A DNA stretch of 61,939 bases, the filler included, from Sphacelaria rigidula (Eukaryota), in NCBI GenBank assembly GCA_964200075.2. It is 6 parts of 6 records of this genome, joined end to end, with 100 filler letters (N's around TTAATTAATTAA, not from the genome) between each part and the next. Parts side by side here need not be neighbours in the genome. Positions count along the whole stretch, not along the records: positions 1 to 10,241 come from CAXNAA020006869.1; positions 10,342 to 20,582 come from CAXNAA020006870.1; 4 more parts are not named here. The stretch is one strand, 5' to 3'. This document shows, piece by piece, positions 1 to 10,657 of the stretch. Under the pieces are notes generated by a model that was not told the DNA's origin, searched no databases, and was given only the letters and a program-made list of their open reading frames with translations. Numbering within the stretch: position 1 is the first letter of the stretch; each line of letters starts with the position of its first letter. A program made the position numbers and the translations under genes.

Positions 1-646
1 ACCCAAAAACGTTTCGGATCGCCCCAACAATTGTTTGGGCCCTGTTTTTGGTGCAGCGGCACCCCCCCCCCCCCCCCCCCCGTATCGTAGCATGACTCCT
101 CAGTGTACTGTCGACCGCTGTCAAGGTATTCGCAGCGAAAAGAGGGGAGTCGTCGCGGCAATCACGACCAGGATCTGTGATTGCCGCTCGTATTCGCCAG
201 CTGAGATATTATCAAAGCTAAATAAACACTATGCAAAAACGCAGGACCCACTTCCGAAACGGCAAACTTGAACACAATCTCAGTGGTCGCAGCCCAGAGC
301 TGAGCGGTTCATTGACCTTCAACTGTCGGGGTGGCGAATACGGGTGATCGATGGTGGGAGAAAACGATTCCGAGCAACCGCTGCTGAAACATATCCCCCA
401 GCTTTTTTTTCCGCGTGTGTGTCACGACTCAACCGTCGGTACGTTGACGAAAGGTCTCGGTTGGAGGTACTCAACACAGGCCAGCATCTGGAGGTGCGAT
501 GTAAACGACCACCTCGGAGATAGTATCCTGCATGGTATGGCACAAGCCGATTTTTTATATTTACTTGGCGGTGCACTACTTACTTACTACGGGCGTCGTG
601 AAAATATCATTTATTCCAATACATTTTCCTCTCTTACACAGTCCGT

Positions 647-857
647 TGTAATGCGTGAGAGGACCGCGTGCTTAAAGGATCGCATCCGAATTCAAACATC
701 CCTATGGTTAGGGGTAGGGTTGGGGTTAGTGTTGGGGTTAGGGTCAGAGGCGTGGTACCTGCAGGGAATGGCCGGACTGGTTTTGAAAATCATTGATCCT
801 GAGGCATTTTTAACCACAGCGCGGTCCTCTACGCACGCCGTCCTCTCACGCGTTACA
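647..857. mobile_element. 211-bp MITE (telomere-core family), copy 1
   Basis: TIRs TGTAATGCGTGAGAGGACCGCGTGC...GCACGCCGTCCTCTCACGCGTTACA; CCGT on both flanks (643-646, 858-861); central degenerate TTAGGG tract. Confidence 0.85.
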
Positions 858-1674
858 CCGTTTTCGTTCGTTTGACCGAAAACCCTGCTCTTGCTATGCA
901 GCGTAGGATGCATTGACGCATGCAACAGAAGAAACCGCTCTGGAATCGGTGTGGGTCTCAACGAGTACCGCTACGAAATACTTGAGGAGGTGTTTGTAGC
1001 ATTCGGCCTTTTCCGATCCCTCTCATTTCAAGTGAAGAATATACGAGCACACACGGGCGCACCAACAAATGTACATCCTACACATGCGCGCACGCGGTTT
1101 CTAAGGTGAAATGTACCTACGATGCAATTGCCCGAAATCATGCACGTGATAACACGCGACAGAGTTTATGGCTAGCAGCACGGTAGTTGCTTTTTGCGCA
1201 TGGCCGCGTAAGGTAAGTGCATCACACACAAAACATAACAGTCAGTGGACCACACCTGAGGACAGGGTGGTACTAACGTGGCTTCTCATGGATAGTGTTG
1301 AGCGTTTTGAGTCTTGCTGCTTGCCTCGGTCGTTTCCACACAACACGACCAGGGTCCATCATCAGTGTGATACGACGATGCGTGATTAAGTCCCACAGTC
1401 GTGTGTGGGCAACGCTTGACCACTTTCAAGGTCTTCAAACTTGAGGAGGAAAGGAAGATTGCAAGCAAGTCGTGCATGCCTCGTCGACTATGCTAGCCAA
1501 GTCGCAATCTAGTGAGCCACCTACGGTGTGGGTATCGATATGATTCGCATGACCCAAACCTCAAAGCAAAACTTACGACACGGCGCAGCACGAGAGCAAC
1601 AGCAGGGGCACACAGCACTTCAGCCAATGCCGTGACACAAAGGTGATGAATCTGTGACAAGTGTACTGCGCTTT

Positions 1675-2462
1675 CAGACCGCGTGTGTTCAGGACCACAT
1701 CGGAGTTTGAACACCTCGGGACCGACGTGTCGGGAAGACAGCGACAAGACGACGACGCAGTGTGCCCGGAAACGAGGAGCGCAGGGCTTCCAAAAGTATG
1801 AGATTCAGGAGCCAGTCGGTTGTCTAGAAGCCATTCTCGCAGCTGGCACGTGTAATTACCGAGCATCAGTTCGTCGGTGTGGTCATGACGACGAGGTAGA
1901 CGCCGCCACCCCTGAGAATACTCTGGGGTCAACTATTTCCCACCACATTTGATTTTTCTTCTCACACTTTGAACCCCTCCCCTTCCTCGGAATGAGTCCG
2001 TGGTCTCAAGGGATCAGCCCATCTCTCCCTCGGTACTTGCCTTTCGTTTTGGTCTCGCGTATTGAGTCAGCACTACCGCACCGCGTCAACTCACATCACA
2101 CAAACCCAGTCGACTACTTTGTTTACTCGCGTTCTCACGCTTTCCACGAAGGAACTCATACATTACGAAACAAACATCCAACGCATCGCAATGTGCCTGC
2201 GATAGTGATTCCCTATACGAGTTACTGGTGCCTGAATTTCATAGTCTTGAAATCCTTGCTCTCCTCCTTTTCTGGACATACTGGGTCGTCGCCGTGTCGC
2301 TCTAGTCACCTTGCCTAGCTCCGCTTTCCTGGCTCGACAAATGCGAAGCTTCGGTGTGCTCGCGATGCGGTCTCTGCTCTGATCATGTCCGAGCGTTCCT
2401 CCCGACACGTCGGTCTCGGGGTGTTCAAACTCGGATACGGTCCCAACGACCCGCGGTCTGAA
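1675..2462. repeat. Degenerate inverted-repeat element interrupted by a SINE fragment
   Basis: 1677-1740 is the reverse complement of ~2400-2460; ~1780-1820 is the reverse complement of ~2220-2260. Confidence 0.5.
1955..2150 (-). mobile_element. SINE family A body (head missing)
   Basis: Aligns by eye with ~39790-39970, ~49455-49630 and ~58020-58200. Confidence 0.6.
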
Positions 2463-3007
2463 CACGCATTACAACAGCTCTCATGAACAGGTTGAGAGTT
2501 CAACGATAACGGATCGGCCAGCATTCCGGATGGTATATTCGAATATGTAGAATTGGCTACTCGTGATCAGAAGCCTCTCGAGTAGGGCTTTGAGGACCGG
2601 AACCCGTACTCATGAAAGAAGCAGGGTCACTTTTTTTTGTCTCGGGTATGTCTATCATCTGACCATTACTGGGACCCTGGAGGGTCAGTCAAAGTGCGAC
2701 TATCAATCAAATCCATCAGGCATTCCTTTTTTCGGCGTTCGACGTTTCCACCGTACTGCCAAGTGAGGTTGTATGTGTTCAGCAACAACGTCGAAGCGGT
2801 GCTGTCGGATCGACAAGCTCTGCACAAGGTAGGATCTATTCTCTTCACCATGCCCAAACGTGTAGCGTTGATTTCGATGAACCGATGACGCCGGCTTAGC
2901 CGCACCGGTTCATGACTCGTACCATGACCTATAGACCAGCTCCTGCCTACCTCTTGATGGGAGTAAGTATATCGTTTCTGCATACACATGAGTGACTCGC
3001 ATTAACT

Positions 3008-3853
3008 ATGGCTCGTTCGCTCTCTCGAATTTTGTACAATGTGCATGAACATTCCGTTTATGCGCGTTTACTATTTTCGTCGCCCCGAATTATGGCTGTC
3101 AGCAATGATCCCCGCCTGATCAAGAAGAACATGTTTGTCACCCGGATATCTGCTGTCCTGTCGGAGCCGGGCGCCGTGTCCAGCATCTTCGTTTTACTAC
3201 CACTGGGCGGAATCGCTACGGCCGTGTTGGCAGCGATGGACATCGTAGAGTTGGGCTGCCAGGTGGGTTCGACATACTTCGCCACGATGGTGGTCTTGCT
3301 GTCGATCGCTGTCGCCGCATGCGGATTGTCGTTGATCCAAACCATCAATGGTTCCCTGGCGAACAGTTGGGGACATGCGGCACGGGAGACACAGGGAGTA
3401 GGCAAAGCCAGCGGTAGAGACGAAGACGACGCGCCGCTCGTCATGGTCAGGAAGAACATCAAGCTCGTCATTGTTGCCATGTTCGTGCTGACGAGCGCAA
3501 CCACCTTTTTCCTTTTGTTTGGTGTCTTCACCTCATATGGTTCCGCAGCCCCCATTCTGTTCGTCGGGATACCCATGGGTATACTGCCAACATGTTGGTT
3601 TGAAGTGAATCTTTTGCTGCACAGCCGAAGAGGCTCTAGAACGAAAGCACCACCACGAATCGCGTCGAGCTTGAGATGCCTCCCGCGCATGTTGCACCTA
3701 TCTCGTAGTGCAACAGCGTCTGCTATTCCTGACGCAACTCTCGACGCACGAAAATGTCGTTCTGCTCGTGGGCCGGACCAGAAAGGCGGGAAAGGTGGTG
3801 TGATTGCGCCTACGGAAGAGGCGCCGGTGTGTTTGGACGGGTATCCAGCATAG
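3008..3853 (+). CDS. Probable terminal exon of a multi-pass membrane protein (coding start likely ~3103 after ctgtcag)
   Basis: 281-codon ORF with about four hydrophobic segments, a charged loop and a basic C-terminal tail; family not recognised. Confidence 0.55.
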   Translation: MARSLSRILYNVHEHSVYARLLFSSPRIMAVSNDPRLIKKNMFVTRISAVLSEPGAVSSIFVLLPLGGIATAVLAAMDIVELGCQVGSTYFATMVVLLSIAVAACGLSLIQTINGSLANSWGHAARETQGVGKASGRDEDDAPLVMVRKNIKLVIVAMFVLTSATTFFLLFGVFTSYGSAAPILFVGIPMGILPTCWFEVNLLLHSRRGSRTKAPPRIASSLRCLPRMLHLSRSATASAIPDATLDARKCRSARGPDQKGGKGGVIAPTEEAPVCLDGYPA

Positions 3854-4850
3854 TCACAGTCAGCTCAGCCCCAGAGAGGGAACGCCTGCATGACGGACAC
3901 ACACAAAGTCGGCACATGCATTGTCGACAAAATAATGTGTTCCATGTCGATTTCTGTTAAATTTTTAGAACAAACAGTTCTCCGAAATATTTGAGGGCAG
4001 ACTTCTCAGCAGGTCAAAATAGGCCTGACTACAGATTTGTCTGAAAATCTAGCGTTAGATATTTTTCAGCAGTTAGTTTTAGGACTAGGCAAGGGGGGGG
4101 GGGAGAGGGGGGAATCGGGTGGTAGAGTGAAACAAATATTTAAAAAATGATCCGTTAACAAGATATTTTGGGGTTTAGCAAGGAAACAGAGAGGGAACTC
4201 GAAGAAGCGCTCCGAGAACAAGCAGGACAAAACTTCAATTGCAGCTTCAGCAGTTGTCGCAGCTTCTTCAGCTGTGGTGGACTACGTCTACACTAGACCA
4301 GACATGCTGTCGTGAAGTCTGACCTATTGCTCCTAGATTCTGGGATGTGGACACATTGTGAGGGAAAGGCGGGGAGTGATGCCGCGGTGCCCCCGCCCCC
4401 CCCACACACACATAAGTGGTTAGTTTGAGGAGGTAAAGTTTACAAGCAAATCATAAATACGTAAGCCAAGCACACCGAGTAGCTGGGAACTGGTACGGCT
4501 GGGATCCCTTTCGCAAATGTTGCCCATATCAGGCACTTCATTCCGTCTGATACCAGTTGCATGCGAGGTATGCCCATTTTCTTCGTGATAGATTTGGGGT
4601 TGGTGTGGGGACGGGTTGTCGCGGCTTCACTCCAGCCCAACGTCCAAGGCAACGGAAGAGGCGAGCAGATAAGACTGTGGCGGCGGCGGCAGGGGCAGCT
4701 GCGCATGGTAATCGATTAGAGTGCATGGTGCAACTGGCATCTGAGAGATGCCAGAGAAATGTGTCATGGCTCGACAAACGTGCCAGTATCCCGGACTTTC
4801 GTTACTTGATTTATGTGTGAACACCGATATTATGATAAAGCTCAGAAGGA

Positions 4851-5279
4851 GTTGCAAGATATATGCTGTGCGGGTCTGCCCGTAGACCCTGGATTCCGCG
4901 ACGCGTTGTTATCGCGTCTGCTACTGTCACTAGTTAGGGTTGTTCAGCCGCGGCGGCAGGCCGCGTCGCCCTGTCTCATCAGTCACCGGCTTGCCTTGGT
5001 CTCTACCCTGGGTCATCACCACGCTCTGCTCCTATGGCTGCGCCCCGGCTATGCTGAGTAAGAGAGGCTTGTAGATAAAACATTATGCTAAGCAAACACG
5101 TGAGTTCCTTCTCAAGAGTCTGAACATGGATGAACCTACTCTGTGATAGTCAGGATGGATATAGCTAGGTCTGTGTGAAGTTGCTCACGTGGGAGCTTGG
5201 TGGGTTGGCACCATGGTATCTCCTGGCACTCATACTGAGAGACCCCAGCCAGTGCATCAGCTAACCACTCCGTATGACA
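4851..5279 (+). mobile_element. LTR-like dispersed repeat, copy 1
   Basis: ~430 bp; diverged reverse complement of 7512-7936. Confidence 0.55.
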
Positions 5280-5304
5280 AAATTTTGATCATTAGTGAGG
5301 CTGA

Positions 5305-6130
5305 CAGTCCCAAGTGTTCCCAGCGTGCGCAGAACACGTTTTTTGTGTAAATCGGCCTCTGCGGCGCCGGTTTGAGGTCTACCAACGCCACACTTTGCCT
5401 CGGGAACACTTTGCACTCCCCTCGTCCGAGGGCTCTCGGTAGTGATCTGGATTGGCGTTAGGGTTAGGGTTAGCGTTTGTTCGAGATAACAGGTTTCAGA
5501 GAAATTTCTCGTCCGACCATGTGATAAACTGACCGCACTGGAATCCCGTGATGAGTCGGAAAATGTGGCCACCACAAGCGAAAAAGGCAACCTTTAGAAC
5601 TATCCCTGACAATGCGGGGGTTAGGGTTACGGTTGGAGTCGGTGGTACCTGGGCGTGTTGCAGTGGGATGGCCACGGTACCTCAGATGCCACTGACATGT
5701 CCCACTAACACATTTCCACGTCGTACTTGCACACTAAGATACCTCTATGCCACGTGTCGGTTTTTCTTGCATCATAGTGTACGAAATGGTCGCAAACGAT
5801 GGTTTTGTTGCTTGATTTCAGAGGGAAGACCGATTCTTGGGTCTCTAGAGGGGCTAGCACTCCCAAGTGCTCCTAGCTCGCCTAAAACGTCTCTTTGTCC
5901 AAATCGGCGCCTGCGGCACCGGTTTAAGCTCTGCCAACGCGCACTTTGCCTGGGGCACCATCTGCACCCCCGTTTCCGAAGGTTCTCTGATGCCTTGGTC
6001 CGGTTGAACGTTAGGATTACTTCAGTTGAAGGCACCTCATTTATAGTACCAACTACAGTTTCCGACCATTTGGTAAACAGCCCTCGGTACCTGAGTTGCC
6101 AGTTGGGCGTGCTAGTGGCACCTTGAGGTC
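5305..6130 (+). repeat. Two diverged direct copies of a repeat containing TTAGGG motifs
   Basis: ~5310-5475 resembles ~5860-6020; GTTAGGGTTAGGGTTAG at ~5457. Confidence 0.5.
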
Positions 6131-6603
6131 AACCCTGGGTGGTTGTAGCGCGGCACACATGGAGTGGAGCATGTTGTGAGTATCTTGCCTTTGGTGCAGG
6201 GACGAAGCGATTGATAATCGGTGTAAACAATTGAGAAACCGTATGAGTACATCGACGGACACACTTGCAGTTGAGGCGTGAGGTAGAGTTTCATGGACTC
6301 ACCCGGTCTGAAGTCGGCAGAGGGTGCTGGAAGGATGAGGTATTCACTTGTGATTCGATATGAGTTTTCGCGGAAAATCTAGATGTACTTTGAAAGATAC
6401 ACGCCAGACACCCTGAGAACTTCCGAATGTACACTGCCGTCCCTCGGTGATAGAAAGTGTGATATGTGATTGTGGAGGCGGAGACTTGCAGTGATCTCTG
6501 TAGAATACGTGGTATCAAACAGGACTACACTATTCAGATGACCGTGTTGATCAGATGACGGTGCAGAAACAACCGCCTTGTGCTGTGTGCCCAGACAAGA
6601 TAC

Positions 6604-6813
6604 TGCAATGCATGAGAGGACCGCGTGCTTAAAGGACCGCAACGGGATTTCAACACCTCTATGGTCAGGGTTAGCGTTAGGGTCAGTGTTGGGGTTAGGG
6701 TCAGCGGCGTGGTACCTGCAGGGACGGACCCGATTGATTAGAAAAAGGTCGATCCTGAGATATTTTGAACTGCGGCACGGTCCTCTAAGCACGCGGTCCT
6801 CTCACGCATTGTA
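6604..6813. mobile_element. MITE (telomere-core family), copy 2
   Basis: Same TIRs and core as copy 1; ATAC on both flanks (6600-6603, 6814-6817). Confidence 0.85.
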
Positions 6814-7511
6814 ATACTGCCCTTTTGCAGTATGTCTTGAGTAGGGGATAATGGTGTGCTTTGAACCTTTATTATTTTTACTCTTCACCTGGAGAAAATG
6901 GGTGCAGAGAGATGGTTAAGAAATGAATATGGGAGAGCTTGGAGAAACACCCTGTCATGACTTCCCATGAACCATAATCTCCAATCCGGTCACGAACCAT
7001 GACTCGTGGTCCATTTACGACCCACAATTCAGCAATAGTTTTTCCCTCAAGGACCAGAAACGGTGTCCCGTTCTCCAACCATGAGGAACCGTCCAAATGA
7101 TATCCCTGAACTGAGTGATTGCCGCGATAGCGCCTCCCCAAACCCGACCCAAAACGGTCAGGAAATGGCCATACAGCGCATAATGGCGGGTTTCAGACTT
7201 CATGAAGTCCCTCATGTGGGCGACAATGGCGAAAACGATCCTAAGCATGGGAGTTCCCAACTGCTCGGTGTGCTCGGCTCTCGTCATTTTGGTCCACATC
7301 ATGTAGAATTCGTCTCCTCAAACCAGCTATTCTTCTGGGGGGTCGATCGCGGTATCGCTCGACTACTGAATATCCCACTGTTTCCCGCTTGCAAATGCTG
7401 GTTGATTTTGTAGATAAACTATACTAAACACCCTCCCCAGGCGCATCGACTAATAAGCCAAGCATTGCCCTGATTGGTATGGAAGGAACTGCAATACATC
7501 GGACTCTGTGA

Positions 7512-7936
7512 TGTTGATGGGATGGCTAATGCACTGGCCGAGGTCTCTCAGTACGAGTACCAGGAGATACCATTGGATCTAGCCAACCCAAGCTCTCACG
7601 TGGGCACAACGCACGACCTATAGCTACCCATCATGAACAATCACAGAGTAGGTTCATTCATGTATACTGCCGGTTAGGAACTCACGTGTTGCATAGCGTC
7701 ATGTTATATCTACAAGCAGCTCTCTTACTCAGTACAGCCGCGGCGCAGCCATAAGAGCAGAGCGTAGTGATGGCTCAGGGTAGACCACGGCAAGGCCAGT
7801 CACTGATGGAGATGGGTCAACGCGGTCTCTGGCTGCTCCTGAACGATCCTAACTAATTGCAGTAGCAAACGCGGTAACAACGCGTCACGGGACTCAGGAT
7901 CTACGAGCAGACCCGCACAGCGTATATCTTGCAACA
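7512..7936 (-). mobile_element. LTR-like dispersed repeat, copy 2
   Basis: TGTTG...CAACA termini; inverted homologue of 4851-5279; no TSD seen. Confidence 0.55.
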
Positions 7937-8046
7937 CCTCCGAGCTACATCACACTAGCCCATCCTAGACGAGTGCTGATGCAGTTGAATCATCATCAGC
8001 TCGGCAAAACGTAATTTCGCCGAGGAACTTGAAAATTCAACGAGAG

Positions 8047-8305
8047 GAGTGATGCTACGGTAGGGGTGCACAAATATGTTTTGAGGTTAGAATTGTTAGG
8101 AGCCCTTGATCTCATGCAGAACACCACGTACGAAAATATGTAAGAGTACGCCGGGATTGCTACTCCAATGTGCCGGGGATATCCCGAATGAATTTGCAAA
8201 CGGGGGGATGCTCTGACCCGTATTCTTGTGCATCCAGAATCGTTAGGAGCCCCTGAACCAGACAATATTTCGCGAAAATAGTGTACCCCTACCGTAGCAT
8301 TGCTC
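8047..8305. mobile_element. MITE with ~25-bp TIRs (GAG...CTC ends)
   Basis: GAGTGATGCTACGGTAGGGGTGCAC ... GTGTACCCCTACCGTAGCATTGCTC. Confidence 0.65.
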
Positions 8306-9744
8306 AAAGGGCTCTTCTACACTACTACACTAGGGCAAAAGCATGAAGCGAAGGAAAAATAAGTACTCTCCCACACCTCTAAAAGGCGAGCATCGCTGCG
8401 ATCCGACACATCATCAAACGTTCAATCCATGAAAGGGAAAACGTTGTATCTACGCGACACTCACGCACCTATGTTGAACAAGACAACACACACCCAAATC
8501 CATTTACAAAGTAAAGCACTAAATGGTACGCACGCGTGGGCTTCATCTACTAACGGAACAAGGATGGAATGCCAGACAATCCGGGAAAAGGGGAGAGAAA
8601 ACGCAGTTGCGGCATAGCATCGCGGCAACTGCTCTGGTCGGACAAAGATCCAAGTGAGCTCCACGTCTTTGTCGGACTCCATCCCGACACATGCGTCGTG
8701 TATAGTGAGAGTGGCACCCCGCTTGTTTCCTTGGCAGGGCGTTTGAAGTATCAAACCTGCCTTGAAAAAGGCGTGCAGCGTGAAGTACAATGACATGGGG
8801 GGGGAGCTGCGCAGCAACAGAGAGATAAAAGTGGGGATGCAGCCGAAGTTCAGGTTTGGTGTGCCCGAAGTGCGAAATTCAAAATCCTGAGGGAGTGGAC
8901 ACGAGCCCATCCAAGACGACATTCGGGGTAAAAAGCCAGGGGTCATTGGTGAGAACTTTTCGTTCAGCCCGGCGAATCAACTATCGCATGTTGTGAGCAA
9001 AACTTGATGTCAATTAAAACAAACAACTCGTCAGGACGCAATACCCAACTCAGAGCAATCGTCCGGCGGAAATACGGCCTACAAAGGGCGGTATAATTGG
9101 TCATTCCCGGGGGAAACCTGAACCACCAGCAACGGAACGACACAAGAGAACACACCCGTGTCGCCAGCTGACCAGGCTGCGCCACGGGATAGGGATAGAA
9201 CAAACAAACGAACACGTGCAGATGAATTGTTGAAATGCAGAAACTCCACTCGACCTAAAACAGTCGTCGGGCATAAATACGGCCTACAACCAGAGCGGCA
9301 TAATCAGCAGTACACGATGTAACCAAGGACCCGTGCAACAAGACGATTTAAGGGAGTACTCCCGTGCGGCGAACTCTCTTGGCTGGCGGCAGGGGGTTGA
9401 GCAGTGATAACAACAAGCACATCCAGAGAACGAGTCAACAAAATTCCAAACATGTGGGAGGCTGGACTAAATCTACAGTCCTCTCATCGCTCAAAGAAAC
9501 CTCAGAAACAAAAAATAAAAACACTAGATGCTCAGGGGACACGGACAGAGATGCGACAGCGACAAGAATATGACTACGGGTACTAGAAACACAGTCACCA
9601 ACAAGGCAAACTGAGCACAAAGAAACACGGTACGCAACCCTGTGAGGAGCTGCAATGGAAGGGGGAGGGGGGGGGCTGCGACCTGATATCTGACGAGATC
9701 GGATTGGGAGATCGACACTTTCCACGATAGCCCTCCCCAAAAAC

Positions 9745-9825
9745 CAGCTCCGTCTCGAAAGGGATGCGTGGTCAATGGTCACACGACAAAGGCAAGCAAC
9801 AAAGGAGTACGCCCCCCCCCCCAAA
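9745..9825 (+). repeat. Dispersed repeat, also at ~20683-20730 and ~27780-27850
   Basis: Shared GGTCA..CGAC.AAGGCAAGCAACAAA core followed by a C-run; present in contigs 1 and 3. Confidence 0.55.
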
Positions 9826-10241
9826 AAAAAACCCAGCTAAAAGTGTCACGAAAGAAATGGCCATACAGCGCCTGATGTTCGAGTTCAGCTTGCATGAAGC
9901 GCCTCATATTTGCGACATTGGCTACATATTGTTTTTGTTCAGGAAGCGAACAGTTTACCCATTGAACCAGTGAACGCTCACTGAACAAAGGATGTGCTGC
10001 GTGGTCCATCCCGGCATGACACATCAGGGATCTCCGGGGCCTCTTGCCCCTCGCAAGCCTCACTGTCCACATTTCAAATTCCTCCCTTCCACAGTTGATC
10101 ATACTGAGTCCCGAACTCCATATCTTTTATGCAGGAAGCGCACATTTGCCCATTGAGCTACCAGTGAGCGCGAACCCAAGCGTGGGAATTCCCAGCTTCT
10201 CGTTGTGCTCGGCTTTTCCCATTTCGATTTACGTGAAGATT

Positions 10242-10341
10242 NNNNNNNNNNNNNNNNNNNNNNNNNNNNNNNNNNNNNNNNNNNNTTAATTAATTAANNN
10301 NNNNNNNNNNNNNNNNNNNNNNNNNNNNNNNNNNNNNNNNN
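10242..10341. other. Artificial contig spacer
   Basis: N44-TTAATTAATTAA-N44 (stops in all six frames). Confidence 0.97.
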
Positions 10342-10532
10342 AGGGCACCGGCATTGGCGACGAAACCCGGCAGGTGCTTGGCCGAGCAGGTCGGGGTAAA
10401 GGCGCCGGGGACGCCGAAAATGGCGACTTTCTTGCCGGCGAAGAAATCATCGGTCTGAACGGCGTCTGGGCCGTCTTCGGTCATGACGTTGAGCGTGACG
10501 CTCGGAATTTTGTCTCCAACCTTAATGGTCAT
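10342..10532 (-). CDS. Peroxiredoxin, Prx5/redoxin type (3' end truncated at contig edge)
   Basis: [19 protein letters not shown] peroxidatic Cys motif; GGAGAG RBS upstream. Confidence 0.93.
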
Positions 10533-10657
10533 CGTGTCTCTCCCGGAGATAGTTGTTCAAAATAATATCTTAAGCCGGCTCATGCGGCGTGCCTCAGAGA
10601 TAGGGTGATTGCGGCTCATTGCAAAGGGTTTTTGTGGAAATCCTGCGCCGATGCGGC

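Noticed and set aside
700..745. True telomere or chromosome-fusion scar
   Set aside because: Short degenerate tract enclosed within MITE TIRs.
10286..10297. TTAATTAATTAA recurring every ~10.34 kb as a biological motif
   Set aside because: Always centred in N44 flanks; it is an artificial six-frame stop linker.
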